Virus record (IMG/VR): IMGVR_UViG_3300049023_000036
Span: 1-57,165 of that record
DNA: 57,165 bases
Strand: one strand, 5' to 3'
DNA from: a virus
The notes under the pieces are model-generated. The model ran no database searches and had not been told where the DNA came from. It saw only the letters and a list, made by a program, of their open reading frames with translations. Positions 33,969 to 42,783 of the stretch are shown here, piece by piece. Position 1 is the stretch's first letter, and every line of letters begins with the position of its first letter. The translations under genes and the position numbers were made by a program.

Positions 33969-34095
33969 AACGTGATTTTATTATTTGTTCAATTTCAGAT
34001 TTGATTTCCCAAAAATCCGCAATTGTGGAATCTGGGTTTTCCTTAATCAGCTTTTCAATTATTTCATCCTGTTCCTTCAAACTCAACTGCTGCAT
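33877..34095 (-). CDS. Hypothetical protein
   Basis: ATG at 34093-34095 (MQQLSLKEQDEIIEKL...). The overlapped 3' part translates to a low-complexity tail. Confidence 0.35.
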   Translation of the reverse strand: MQQLSLKEQDEIIEKLIKENPDSTIADFWEIKSEIEQIIKSRYEYHTTGIGKFPINSKGNAPTSEGIFPIKE

Positions 34096-34118
34096 GATTA
34101 TAAATTTAATCCCTGATG

Positions 34119-35273
34119 TTACGATCTGAACAACACATTTGTAAGCTGTTGCCCGTTGTTGTATATCGCCCATTTATTAGTACCATCAAGTTGAATTTTC
34201 ATAGTTTCGATCTTTCCAAAAATGTCGTAATTACCACCAAGATCAACAACCCATCCTGATCGTTTATTTGGATGCGCGCGCATCACCCGGCCAATGATCT
34301 GATAATATATCGCCAATGACATTGTAGAACGTGCAATTAATACACATTCAAGTTCCGGGTAATCAAAACCCGTAGTAAGAACGCCGACATTGATCACGCA
34401 TTTTATTCGCCCTGTTGTAAAATATTTTAATATCAATTCCCTTTGTGATGGCGAAGTTTCATCAGATATAACAACTGAACCCGGAACTGATTTTTGAACT
34501 TCTTTCGCTTCAGAAACCAAGGAACAGAAAACCAATAAATTCTTGCGCTTTTGCAATAATCGATTTGCGTATTCCGCCGTAATTTTCGGCATGTTGATTT
34601 GTCTGTAATAATTCCGAATTGATTGATCGGTAAAATCTGATCCTGTTTTATTAGTTTCAAATCTTGATCGGTCAACAATCCTGATCGGGTAATATTCCAA
34701 CTTTGATAATGTTCCATTATCGAATAAAACATCATTCTGAATAAAATAATTCACCCTGTTGAATATCCTTGGATTGGTACGGGTAATGAATTTCAACATC
34801 GATCCGTCCATTCCTGAAGTCAATCGGTATGGTGTAGCGGTTAATCCAAGAACGCGAACTTTGTCAAATGAATTAATGAATTCCTGATACATGCCTTGCA
34901 TTGGATTTACAAGATGGCATTCATCAACAATTATATGTTTGAAGTCGCGGAATAAATGTTTCTTTTTGACTGCTGAACCGATGGTTGAGAATGTAACGTT
35001 TGATATTATTTTTTGTCTTGCTGATGCCGAAAATACACTTGCCCGGAACCCGTATGAAATAAACTTTGCGAAGTTCTGTTTCAGAATTTCAATTGATGGC
35101 TGAAATATCAACGTTGGTTCCCTTAATTCCTTTGCAATGTTTGCGATGATAACTGATTTTCCTGATCCTGTTGGCGCGATCAATAAACCGTTATAATCTT
35201 TTTTGTGTGAAAAATATTCCAACCCGGCCTTGATTGCGCCGGATTGGAATACATATGGAACGTACTGTTTCAA
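34119..35273 (-). CDS. Superfamily 2 DNA helicase (DEAD/DEAH, ResIII-like)
   Basis: Motif I APTGSGKS, II IIVDECH, III LTATPYR, VI YYQIIGRVMR. Confidence 0.8.
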   Translation of the reverse strand: MKQYVPYVFQSGAIKAGLEYFSHKKDYNGLLIAPTGSGKSVIIANIAKELREPTLIFQPSIEILKQNFAKFISYGFRASVFSASARQKIISNVTFSTIGSAVKKKHLFRDFKHIIVDECHLVNPMQGMYQEFINSFDKVRVLGLTATPYRLTSGMDGSMLKFITRTNPRIFNRVNYFIQNDVLFDNGTLSKLEYYPIRIVDRSRFETNKTGSDFTDQSIRNYYRQINMPKITAEYANRLLQKRKNLLVFCSLVSEAKEVQKSVPGSVVISDETSPSQRELILKYFTTGRIKCVINVGVLTTGFDYPELECVLIARSTMSLAIYYQIIGRVMRAHPNKRSGWVVDLGGNYDIFGKIETMKIQLDGTNKWAIYNNGQQLTNVLFRS

Positions 35274-35285
35274 ATGATCTTTTTT

Positions 35286-36308
35286 TTAGATTGTATCATT
35301 GTATTCGTTCGATAAAATTGGATCAGGTTTGATGTTTTCCAAGTCATTCGGGAATACATCAGATAATGATTCATCATTTGGATCATGCGGCAATTGTCCT
35401 GAAGGATGTTCGCCCGGTTCCATGATTGGATTTTCTTTAAATTCAGGAAAATGAATCTTTGTTTGATCTTCATCTTCATGATTATCATCCGGCAAATCTT
35501 CATCAACTGTATCATAATTTCCTTCACGATACAAACAAACTTCTTCGCAACATCTTTCGATTTCAGTTTTCAATTCATTGTACCATTGATAGGATGAATT
35601 GTTATCAACCGGAATTTTGAATGTATTGATGTTGAGAATACCACCAAGCGGAACGTGTTTATAACCGATCAACGAAACCTTATCGCCCTTATGCAATCGG
35701 AATCCTGTTACTGTATAATCATAGGTGATTTCATCGGTATGATGTTGATCAATATCCTTGACATCAAGGCCCATATGTTTATGAACCTGATCGATTGATA
35801 CAAGATGAACAGATAACCGCGCGAATGCTTTTTTCATTGATGGTTTGTACAAACCTTTTCCGGCAACTCCATGAACATCACCTTCGCCCAAACCGGATGT
35901 TACTTCATAATCATACTGAACCAAGCCATCACGAATTTTCGCGGCTGTGATTTTGTAATTTCTGCGAACTGCATCAAGATGTTCTTTTTCTTTTCCAACA
36001 GGATCAAGAACATTCACTTTCGTTGTTTTTGATTTCTTGATCTGATCCTTTGTTTTTTTCGGCTCCATTGGAATCACCGGAGTTTCAACAACCGGAATTG
36101 ATGTATCAAATGATTCATTCGGTTCAATCTGAACATCTTCAGGTTCCACAACGTTTGATTGATCCGGGATGAATGCCTTGGCTGCTGCATCAATCAGTTT
36201 TTCTTTTTTCTTTTTCGGAACATAAGGTTCAACTTTTGGTTCCGGTTTTTTCTTTGCTGCTGATTTTTTTGGTTCAGCTTTTTTGACAGGTGCTTTTGCT
36301 TTTGCCAT
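35286..36308 (-). CDS. Hypothetical protein with a Lys/Pro-rich N-terminus and an acidic C-terminus (possible DNA-binding protein)
   Basis: 340 aa. MAKAKAPVKKAEPKKSAAKKKPEPK..., then a globular core, then DEDLPDDNHEDEDQ.... Lies in the replication/recombination module. Confidence 0.5.
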   Translation of the reverse strand: MAKAKAPVKKAEPKKSAAKKKPEPKVEPYVPKKKKEKLIDAAAKAFIPDQSNVVEPEDVQIEPNESFDTSIPVVETPVIPMEPKKTKDQIKKSKTTKVNVLDPVGKEKEHLDAVRRNYKITAAKIRDGLVQYDYEVTSGLGEGDVHGVAGKGLYKPSMKKAFARLSVHLVSIDQVHKHMGLDVKDIDQHHTDEITYDYTVTGFRLHKGDKVSLIGYKHVPLGGILNINTFKIPVDNNSSYQWYNELKTEIERCCEEVCLYREGNYDTVDEDLPDDNHEDEDQTKIHFPEFKENPIMEPGEHPSGQLPHDPNDESLSDVFPNDLENIKPDPILSNEYNDTI

Positions 36309-36340
36309 TTTGATTTTTTGAAATTGTGAATGAAAAAATA

Positions 36341-36622
36341 TTATCTCAAATCTTTGCCAAATCGGACATCAAACGTATCAATGAATTCTTGCGGAATATC
36401 ATAATACAATGTTTCAGATTTGTATTCCCTGTGATACGGATTATGAATAATACCAAGCGCATCGTTTGCGGATTTCTGCGTTCCGAAATTATGCGCATCG
36501 GCAATTTCTTTTGTCGAATCAGATACAATCAATTTGTGTTCTGATTTATGAATTACATCCTTGATGTATGTTTTCACGCCGTTGAATTCGTGATATATAG
36601 CAACGATTTTTCTTGATGCCAT
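36341..36622 (-). CDS. Hypothetical protein
   Basis: 93-aa ORF on the coding strand. Confidence 0.45.
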   Translation of the reverse strand: MASRKIVAIYHEFNGVKTYIKDVIHKSEHKLIVSDSTKEIADAHNFGTQKSANDALGIIHNPYHREYKSETLYYDIPQEFIDTFDVRFGKDLR

Positions 36623-36625
36623 TGG

Positions 36626-36949
36626 TTATGCTTTTTTAATTAATTTAATTGGCTCTGAATTGGAATGTGTATGAAACCAAATTTCTTCTTTGTTTTTATA
36701 TGGTTCAAGATTTTTGGTTAATCTTATTCCTTTATATATCGCATAAGGAACGGAATATTCTGTTGAATGGCTAATTAATTTTATTTCGATAATTAACCCG
36801 GATTGCGAAACAATATCACCTACAACAAAAGGTGATTTACTGTTTGCGAATGCTTGCGCCAATGCATTCATATCTTTGGCATGTTGTTTTTCCATTTGAT
36901 TCCGCGCGCGGAAATATTGATGTTCTTCATCTGTGTATATTCTTGACAT
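36626..36949 (-). CDS. Hypothetical protein
   Basis: ATG at 36947-36949 (MSRIYTDEEHQYF...), one nt after the MBL gene stop. The longer ORF-track version would overlap the MBL gene. Confidence 0.45.
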   Translation of the reverse strand: MSRIYTDEEHQYFRARNQMEKQHAKDMNALAQAFANSKSPFVVGDIVSQSGLIIEIKLISHSTEYSVPYAIYKGIRLTKNLEPYKNKEEIWFHTHSNSEPIKLIKKA

Positions 36950-36950
36950 C

Positions 36951-37679
36951 TTAAAAAGGATTTTTTTGAAGTGATATAATATCGCCCGCATCCGCAATAT
37001 GAACATTCTTTCCGGTACACCCTGTTATGATGCGTTGAAATTCTTTCGCATGTGAATTGCTATCTGATAAATGAATCAGAACAATATTTCTGACAAGTGA
37101 TAAATCATTTGCTTTTAGAACATCGGCGCAAGTTTCCAAACTCATATGTGATTTATAAATTCGATCAGTCCGAAAATGTTGAAGATTATTCCGCCGAATT
37201 ATTTCTTCAGAAAAATTTGCTTCAATCATTATCTGATGGATGTTCTTGAATTTATTTTTTACATGCGTTGTATCTGTAATGAATAAGATGTTCCCCGAAT
37301 CAGGATGATTAATAATGAAACCAAAAGGTTCAGCGCAATCATGATTTACTTTGAATGGCATAACGCGGAACGGTCCAAGTTGCTTAACAAGGTATTCTTC
37401 TATTGAATAAAATCTATGATGATTTTTATACCCGGCTGCATTGATCGTTCCCTTGCTTGCATAAATATTAACGCCCATTGTTGCCAATCCCGCCGCGCCT
37501 CTTATGTGATCGCCATGTTCATGAGAAACAACGCATCCAACAACATTGCTGAAATTAAAAGCCAATGCCTTTTTTATTTCGTAAATATTTACGCCACATT
37601 CAAGAATCAGAACGGCGGTTTCGGTTTTTAAAAGGTAACAGTTCCCATCGGAACTGCTACCTAATACATGTAACTCCAT
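36951..37679 (-). CDS. Metallo-beta-lactamase-fold hydrolase (probable nuclease)
   Basis: ATG at 37677-37679 (MELHVLGSSSDGNCYLL...), one nt after the RecT stop. HxHxDH motif VSHEHGDHIRG. Confidence 0.75.
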   Translation of the reverse strand: MELHVLGSSSDGNCYLLKTETAVLILECGVNIYEIKKALAFNFSNVVGCVVSHEHGDHIRGAAGLATMGVNIYASKGTINAAGYKNHHRFYSIEEYLVKQLGPFRVMPFKVNHDCAEPFGFIINHPDSGNILFITDTTHVKNKFKNIHQIMIEANFSEEIIRRNNLQHFRTDRIYKSHMSLETCADVLKANDLSLVRNIVLIHLSDSNSHAKEFQRIITGCTGKNVHIADAGDIISLQKNPF

Positions 37680-37680
37680 G

Positions 37681-38652
37681 CTAATCAAACATTGGTTTCG
37701 CTTGCGCATTCGGATTAGAAACGGGCTGCTTTTTATCAACCTTTTCGGGTTGCGGTGTAGCATTCACCGGGGTTGATTCAGGCATTGTTATTGTTTCCGG
37801 TTCCTGAATCTGATCATTGTTTTCATTCGGATCAGGATCATCATTTACTTCATCATCAATTCCGATTTCATCACCTTTTGAATTTTGCGATTGAATCAAA
37901 TGTTTTGCATCAGCAACCCTTGGCGAATCAAGAAACTTTTCATCATTTTCATCAACAACATCTGAATCATCGGATGAATTTATTATTCCCTTAACCGCGC
38001 GATTGATAACAGTTTTAATTGCCATCTGATCAGGAAAATTGCGATGCGCTTTTGAATCGCCTTTTGTTTTTCCCTGCTCCCATGCAAGGCGGATTTGACC
38101 TATACTCATTACCTCAACATTCTTTCGGCCATCCTCCAATGTTACAATTGCATATGCCCCTATAACTTCGCCTCCGATGTTTTCAAATTTCTGATCATGT
38201 TTTACAATTGATTTCAATCCGGTTTCATGATCGACCTGAATCACAAATTCATCGTTCTTAAATATTGCATTCGCAACAACCGATTTCAAACCATGCCTTT
38301 TTGCAATTGCAATTGATCCTTGATATTCCCGTTGCATTGCTAATTTATTGCCATACACAATAAATGAACATTGATGTTTTGCGGGATTTAGCCCTTCAAT
38401 TACCATGCGCATCATCGCCTGAATGATTGAGGTTTTGGTACATACTTCAAGCGCGGGTTTTTTGTCGCTGTTTTGGGTTTCGACAATTATCAACCATGCA
38501 ATTTTAACCGCGTTCTGATAACTGTATTTATCAGGCAATTCAAGTTCATTGGCTTTTATCATTGTGGCGACTGATTCCATAACCAATGTAGGGATTTCTT
38601 TTACTGTTTGCGGTTCTGTTCCCGGCAATGCTTTTTGATTTTCTGTTGACAT
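37681..38652 (-). CDS. recT: RecT-family single-strand annealing protein
   Basis: CTKTSIIQAMMRMVIEGLNPAKHQCSFIVYGNKLAMQREYQGSIAIAKRHG fits the RecT core pattern. Acidic, low-complexity C-terminus. Confidence 0.8.
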   Translation of the reverse strand: MSTENQKALPGTEPQTVKEIPTLVMESVATMIKANELELPDKYSYQNAVKIAWLIIVETQNSDKKPALEVCTKTSIIQAMMRMVIEGLNPAKHQCSFIVYGNKLAMQREYQGSIAIAKRHGLKSVVANAIFKNDEFVIQVDHETGLKSIVKHDQKFENIGGEVIGAYAIVTLEDGRKNVEVMSIGQIRLAWEQGKTKGDSKAHRNFPDQMAIKTVINRAVKGIINSSDDSDVVDENDEKFLDSPRVADAKHLIQSQNSKGDEIGIDDEVNDDPDPNENNDQIQEPETITMPESTPVNATPQPEKVDKKQPVSNPNAQAKPMFD

Positions 38653-38685
38653 CTGATTTTTAATTTAAAAAATGATTGAATGATA

Positions 38686-40746
38686 TTAGTTTGCCCTTAG
38701 TGTTTTATCCTTCGATGATACAATAAGATTAACAACCTGTGATTGTGTCGGGATGATTTGCGTAACTGATTCCCGGTTATCGATGATCACCGGAACAGAT
38801 ACTTTATGATACTCACACAATGTATTGATTATATCCAACCCGGCATTGATTCGGCCCGCATTATTTGCATCAGAAAAAGGAACCCAAGAACCGTTTGTAT
38901 TTACCAATGTATCACATGTTTCTTTTTCCCCGCCGTTGTTCTGAATGATGAACATTTTGAATCGAACTGCTTTGAACATGCCGTTGATTTTGCGCTCCAA
39001 GATTTCAACCCTTGCCTTGCTGTATAATAGAACCGCGTATTGATTTCCTTCATTCTGCATGATAGACTTGGAAACAGTTTCTTCCTGTTGCATCAGTTGT
39101 TGAATTCTTTCGTTTGCTGATTTAATTTGATCTTCTTTCGCAAGGATCATTTTCTTTTCAACAATAGATGCATTGATGTCGGCAATCAGTTCATTGTTTT
39201 GCGAATTTGTTTCTGATTGCAAAGTATTTTCCGGCGCGGGAATAACTTGGTTTTCAAGTTCCAATTTTTCAGAAATCAATTTCTGATATTCGGAATTTTC
39301 TTTCAGGTAATTTTCCTGAAGTGATTCATCCGATGGCTGATCTTTCAACAGGTTTTCAAGTTCAATTAAATCAGCTTTTTTTGATCCAAGGAATTGTTCA
39401 TTGTTAAAAATGAATTCTTCATGCTTGCTAATTGCATCTTGCAAAATTGGAATTTGTTTTTTCAAACTTGATCCGCGATCAACAATCACTTGCATTCTGT
39501 CATTCTTGCCTTGATTGAAATTATCGGAAATTTCTTTTTTCTTCAATTCGACATCTGAAGTTTCAAGTTCCCGTTTGCATGTAGGACATTTGAAATCATC
39601 ATAGTTAAATTCCTGCATTGATTCCGCATCAATAGTATTGTACTCTTCCAACAATGCGGCTCTTGATTTTTTAATATTTTCTAAATGGGCTGAATCTGTT
39701 TCAAGAATGGATTCGCGCGCTTTTATTTGACCTTGCAATGATGTTATTTCCATCTGAAGATTCCGAATTTTATTCCGGGTATCTTGCGAATGATTTGCGG
39801 CGTATTGCTTCGCCTGATATTCAATATTCATAATTGAATTATCAAGTTGTATCATTTTGTTTTGCCTTTCGCCGATTGCCTTGCGATATTCAGCAAATTT
39901 TTCATTGCGCTTTTTATCTTCCAATTCGCGCTGTTTCTTTTCATCGTTCAATAATGCCTGAATTTCATCGCGCTTGATTTCAAGTTCCTTTATTTCCGCA
40001 AGGATTTCTTTGAAATTATATTCACTCAACCCGGCAATGGATCGTTTCACTTCATCAATCCTTGGCTGAACTGTTTCGATTTCCTGCTTCAGTTTATTTT
40101 TTTCTGAAACCAGTTGATCCCGGTAATCATCAATTGATTTCTTTTTATCAATTGCAGCAATCAAACCGATGAACATTTCCTTGCCATGCTTTTTAATGAG
40201 ATCAGCAAATATTTCATCATTCTGAATTCCGCCGGATAACTGCATCAGAATTTCGCGGCGTTCCTTCCAATCCATTTGGAAATTGAAATATAAAGGATTG
40301 GTAAGTAGTTTGAATAACTTTTCGCTGCCAATTAAATCCTTGATCTTTTCCTTGAATTCAGATTCTTTTTTTGGAACATCATTCCAATAAAAATTTGTTA
40401 CATCACCTTTGTATTCTTCCTCCAATGATCCGCGCTTTTTAACCCAATTCTGAATCAATGCGCGCCTGATGGAAAGTTCTTCGCCGTTCGCATCAAATAT
40501 TCCTTCAACTTCAGTATCGATTTTTTTGATGAACGCGCCGTTTGAATCATGCCGTTTGATTGAAAACTTTTCCAACCCTTGCGCATTTTTGCCAAACAAT
40601 AACCAATTGATTGCATCATCAATAGATGATTTACCTGATCCGTTCGCGCCGTACAACGCAACCTGATCTTTTCCATCCATATCGATTGTCAATGATTCGA
40701 TTCCTTTGAAGTTGATGATGATCAGCTTTTTTAACTTAATTTGCAT
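38686..40746 (-). CDS. SbcC/Rad50-like SMC-type ATPase
   Basis: N-terminal Walker A GANGSGKSS. A coiled coil of about 450 aa is interrupted by FKCPTCKRE (zinc-hook-like CxxC). C-terminal VPVIIDNRES. Confidence 0.75.
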   Translation of the reverse strand: MQIKLKKLIIINFKGIESLTIDMDGKDQVALYGANGSGKSSIDDAINWLLFGKNAQGLEKFSIKRHDSNGAFIKKIDTEVEGIFDANGEELSIRRALIQNWVKKRGSLEEEYKGDVTNFYWNDVPKKESEFKEKIKDLIGSEKLFKLLTNPLYFNFQMDWKERREILMQLSGGIQNDEIFADLIKKHGKEMFIGLIAAIDKKKSIDDYRDQLVSEKNKLKQEIETVQPRIDEVKRSIAGLSEYNFKEILAEIKELEIKRDEIQALLNDEKKQRELEDKKRNEKFAEYRKAIGERQNKMIQLDNSIMNIEYQAKQYAANHSQDTRNKIRNLQMEITSLQGQIKARESILETDSAHLENIKKSRAALLEEYNTIDAESMQEFNYDDFKCPTCKRELETSDVELKKKEISDNFNQGKNDRMQVIVDRGSSLKKQIPILQDAISKHEEFIFNNEQFLGSKKADLIELENLLKDQPSDESLQENYLKENSEYQKLISEKLELENQVIPAPENTLQSETNSQNNELIADINASIVEKKMILAKEDQIKSANERIQQLMQQEETVSKSIMQNEGNQYAVLLYSKARVEILERKINGMFKAVRFKMFIIQNNGGEKETCDTLVNTNGSWVPFSDANNAGRINAGLDIINTLCEYHKVSVPVIIDNRESVTQIIPTQSQVVNLIVSSKDKTLRAN

Positions 40747-40784
40747 TTGATAGATTTTTTATGATTTGGAATGATTGTTAGTTT

Positions 40785-40820
40785 CCGCCGGGTTTATGAT
40801 TTTATCCCGGCGGTTTTTTA
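40785..40820 (+). terminator. GC hairpin with its T-tract on the plus (antisense) strand
   Basis: CCGCCGGG-(13 nt)-CCCGGCGG followed by TTTTTT on the plus strand. On the coding strand it directly follows the stop of 40818..41087 and has no U-tract. Confidence 0.35.
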
Positions 40821-41087
40821 TTTTACGGGATATACCTGAACATAATTTTGATAGTTGATTTCTACAAACAAACAAGGTTCTTTTGGATCAGGATTTTCTT
40901 CCTTCATTTTGAAACCCCAACAATTAGAATAGTATGTTTTTATTTCATGCGCATTGACATACGGCGCACCACAAACTTCAGCTATTATTTCGGCTGCATG
41001 TTTCATTGAATATGCGGCAACTGATAAATGCCTTTTGTTGTATTTACCATGCCCGCGCCCGTTCCAAAATTTTAGTTTTTTTGCCAT
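40818..41087 (-). CDS. Hypothetical protein
   Basis: 89 aa (MAKKLKFWNGRGHGKYNKRHL...). First gene after an intrinsic terminator. Confidence 0.5.
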   Translation of the reverse strand: MAKKLKFWNGRGHGKYNKRHLSVAAYSMKHAAEIIAEVCGAPYVNAHEIKTYYSNCWGFKMKEENPDPKEPCLFVEINYQNYVQVYPVK

Positions 41088-41125
41088 GATGATTTACCGA
41101 TTTTGATGTTTTGAGATTTGAGTAT

Positions 41126-41156
41126 AAAAAAGGGAACAGGATTGAAATCCCGTTCC
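41126..41156 (-). terminator. Intrinsic terminator ending the early gene block
   Basis: Minus strand GGAACGGG-atttcaat-CCTGTTCC(C), then TTTTTT. Confidence 0.7.
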
Positions 41157-41240
41157 GCGCTCTTATATCCCTTTATCCTATGAATGAACGAATGTAATAA
41201 AACTTATTGCACATATGCAACATGTAGGATAATTTTTTTT

Positions 41241-41405
41241 TTAATCGTAAATATCCGACTCATCAAACGCCCGTTCCCGCTTCTTTTTTTCGCGCCGTTT
41301 TTTGGCAATGTAATCGATAAGCAACCCGAACCCGATGATCGCCAAAGGAACTATTAACCCGGCCTTGACTGATTTTGAACTGATTTCCAAAATGAACTGT
41401 TCCAT
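41241..41405 (-). CDS. Micro-ORF: 54-aa single-pass membrane protein
   Basis: Hand-translated MEQFILEISSKSVKAGLIVPLAIIGFGLLIDYIAKKRREKKKRERAFDESDIYD. Below the ORF-track size cutoff; starts 11 nt after the upstream stop. Confidence 0.4.
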   Translation of the reverse strand: MEQFILEISSKSVKAGLIVPLAIIGFGLLIDYIAKKRREKKKRERAFDESDIYD

Positions 41406-41416
41406 TTTCTTGATTT

Positions 41417-41695
41417 TTATTTATGACAAACAATTAAAAAATACCTGATTTGGCCCCCGGATAACACCCCGGATTGCTTTTTTGTGATCAATGGGAGGTT
41501 GTATTGCCCGATTATACGCCCTGCAATGAACAGGAACGCATTCCTGACATCTTCTGTTGTGAATTGATACTTTATACCTTCCTGATCATTATACGCGAAA
41601 TAATGCAAGGAAAACAGTTTAATGAACTGTTCAAGAACCGCGCGATCCTGATCCGTTGAATCATCAACCATATGATATGTGTTTACCTGTTCCAT
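41417..41695 (-). CDS. Hypothetical protein
   Basis: 92-aa ORF on the coding strand. Confidence 0.45.
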   Translation of the reverse strand: MEQVNTYHMVDDSTDQDRAVLEQFIKLFSLHYFAYNDQEGIKYQFTTEDVRNAFLFIAGRIIGQYNLPLITKKQSGVLSGGQIRYFLIVCHK

Positions 41696-41739
41696 TTTAT
41701 TGACATTAAATTTCGGGAATATCCCGAAACTGCTGCAAA

Positions 41740-42390
41740 TTACTTGCCTTGATTTGGTTCGATGTTATTGCTCAACAAGAATTTTCCTGAAGTTTCAAGA
41801 ATCTTTTGTTCCAAATTTTCGGATGAAAAGAATTTAACCAACCCGCCAACAAGATTGTGCAACGCGTCCTTAACCGATTTCAAAAACATTTCCGATTCTT
41901 CAGAATAAGGAATCAACAATTCCCTTTCAATTCCTGATCTGATTTCATGCAATGCGTTTTTATTGGCATCAACTGAATACATCATTTCCCCGTTGCTGTT
42001 AATAATCCTTACAACTTCATAATGAAAATCAATTCCATTCGTTGAACTGAAATCTGATTTGAATTTTGCAGCAACTTGAGTACTCAACCCATATTTGAAA
42101 CCCTGCCATTGGCCCGGCGCGACTTCATTCATAATATATTCGGTTGATAACCTTAATTTAATCCTGATCATCAATTTTGATGTTCGCGTTGCATCGGCAT
42201 ATGTTTTAATAGTGTTCTGATAAAAGTGGATCAATTCATTTTCAGTTTGAAAATAATCCTTGAAATCTGCAAACACATAAACATGCGCCGGGAAATCCTG
42301 AAAATGAAAACCCTTTTTAGTTGTATAATAAACAGGAATGTAAACATCCTTTCCATCAATTTTAAAATGTGCCGTTGATACCTTTGCCAT
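41740..42390 (-). CDS. Hypothetical protein
   Basis: 216-aa ORF, the largest early-region gene. No motif recognised. Confidence 0.5.
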   Translation of the reverse strand: MAKVSTAHFKIDGKDVYIPVYYTTKKGFHFQDFPAHVYVFADFKDYFQTENELIHFYQNTIKTYADATRTSKLMIRIKLRLSTEYIMNEVAPGQWQGFKYGLSTQVAAKFKSDFSSTNGIDFHYEVVRIINSNGEMMYSVDANKNALHEIRSGIERELLIPYSEESEMFLKSVKDALHNLVGGLVKFFSSENLEQKILETSGKFLLSNNIEPNQGK

Positions 42391-42396
42391 GATTGT

Positions 42397-42585
42397 TTAA
42401 TTGATTTTGATTATTGATAATATTCTTTCCGCGCTGATTGTTTCTGATCCACATACAACGCCGAATGTTGATGATCCAAATTTCTTTACTGTTCCGGTTG
42501 CAACTTCTGATTCATCACCTACAATTATTTCGATCACTATATTTTTACCTTCCAATCCTGAAAGGTTTATTAATTCATTACCCAT
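42397..42585 (-). CDS. Hypothetical protein
   Basis: 62-aa ORF. Confidence 0.4.
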   Translation of the reverse strand: MGNELINLSGLEGKNIVIEIIVGDESEVATGTVKKFGSSTFGVVCGSETISAERILSIIKIN

Positions 42586-42588
42586 TTA

Positions 42589-42783
42589 TCAGATATTTGG
42601 ATTAGTAAGTTTGAATATTTCCTTCAACTTCAGTTTGATTTTCTTTTTTTCTTCATCGCTGAAATCGCAAGGATTCCCGCGCCCGTTCTTTCCGCGAATT
42701 TTATGTTTGAATGATTTGATTTCAGGAAGATGATCCCGGAAAAATGCCGCCGCGTTGATTGTGTTCCAAATTCTATTTTCCAT
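42589..42783 (-). CDS. Hypothetical protein (basic)
   Basis: 64-aa Lys-rich ORF. Confidence 0.4.
   Translation of the reverse strand: MENRIWNTINAAAFFRDHLPEIKSFKHKIRGKNGRGNPCDFSDEEKKKIKLKLKEIFKLTNPNI

Noticed and set aside
34433-35527. Same-strand alternative-frame ORFs (34433..34735, 35270..35527; also 21142..21333, 23277..23498, 27680..27898, 30818..31006, 32551..32760, 36346..36528, 40455..40676, 49261..50910, 52279..52470)
   Set aside because: They are fully embedded in longer ORFs that carry recognisable motifs. Their translations are Arg/Lys/His/Met-rich frame-shift noise.
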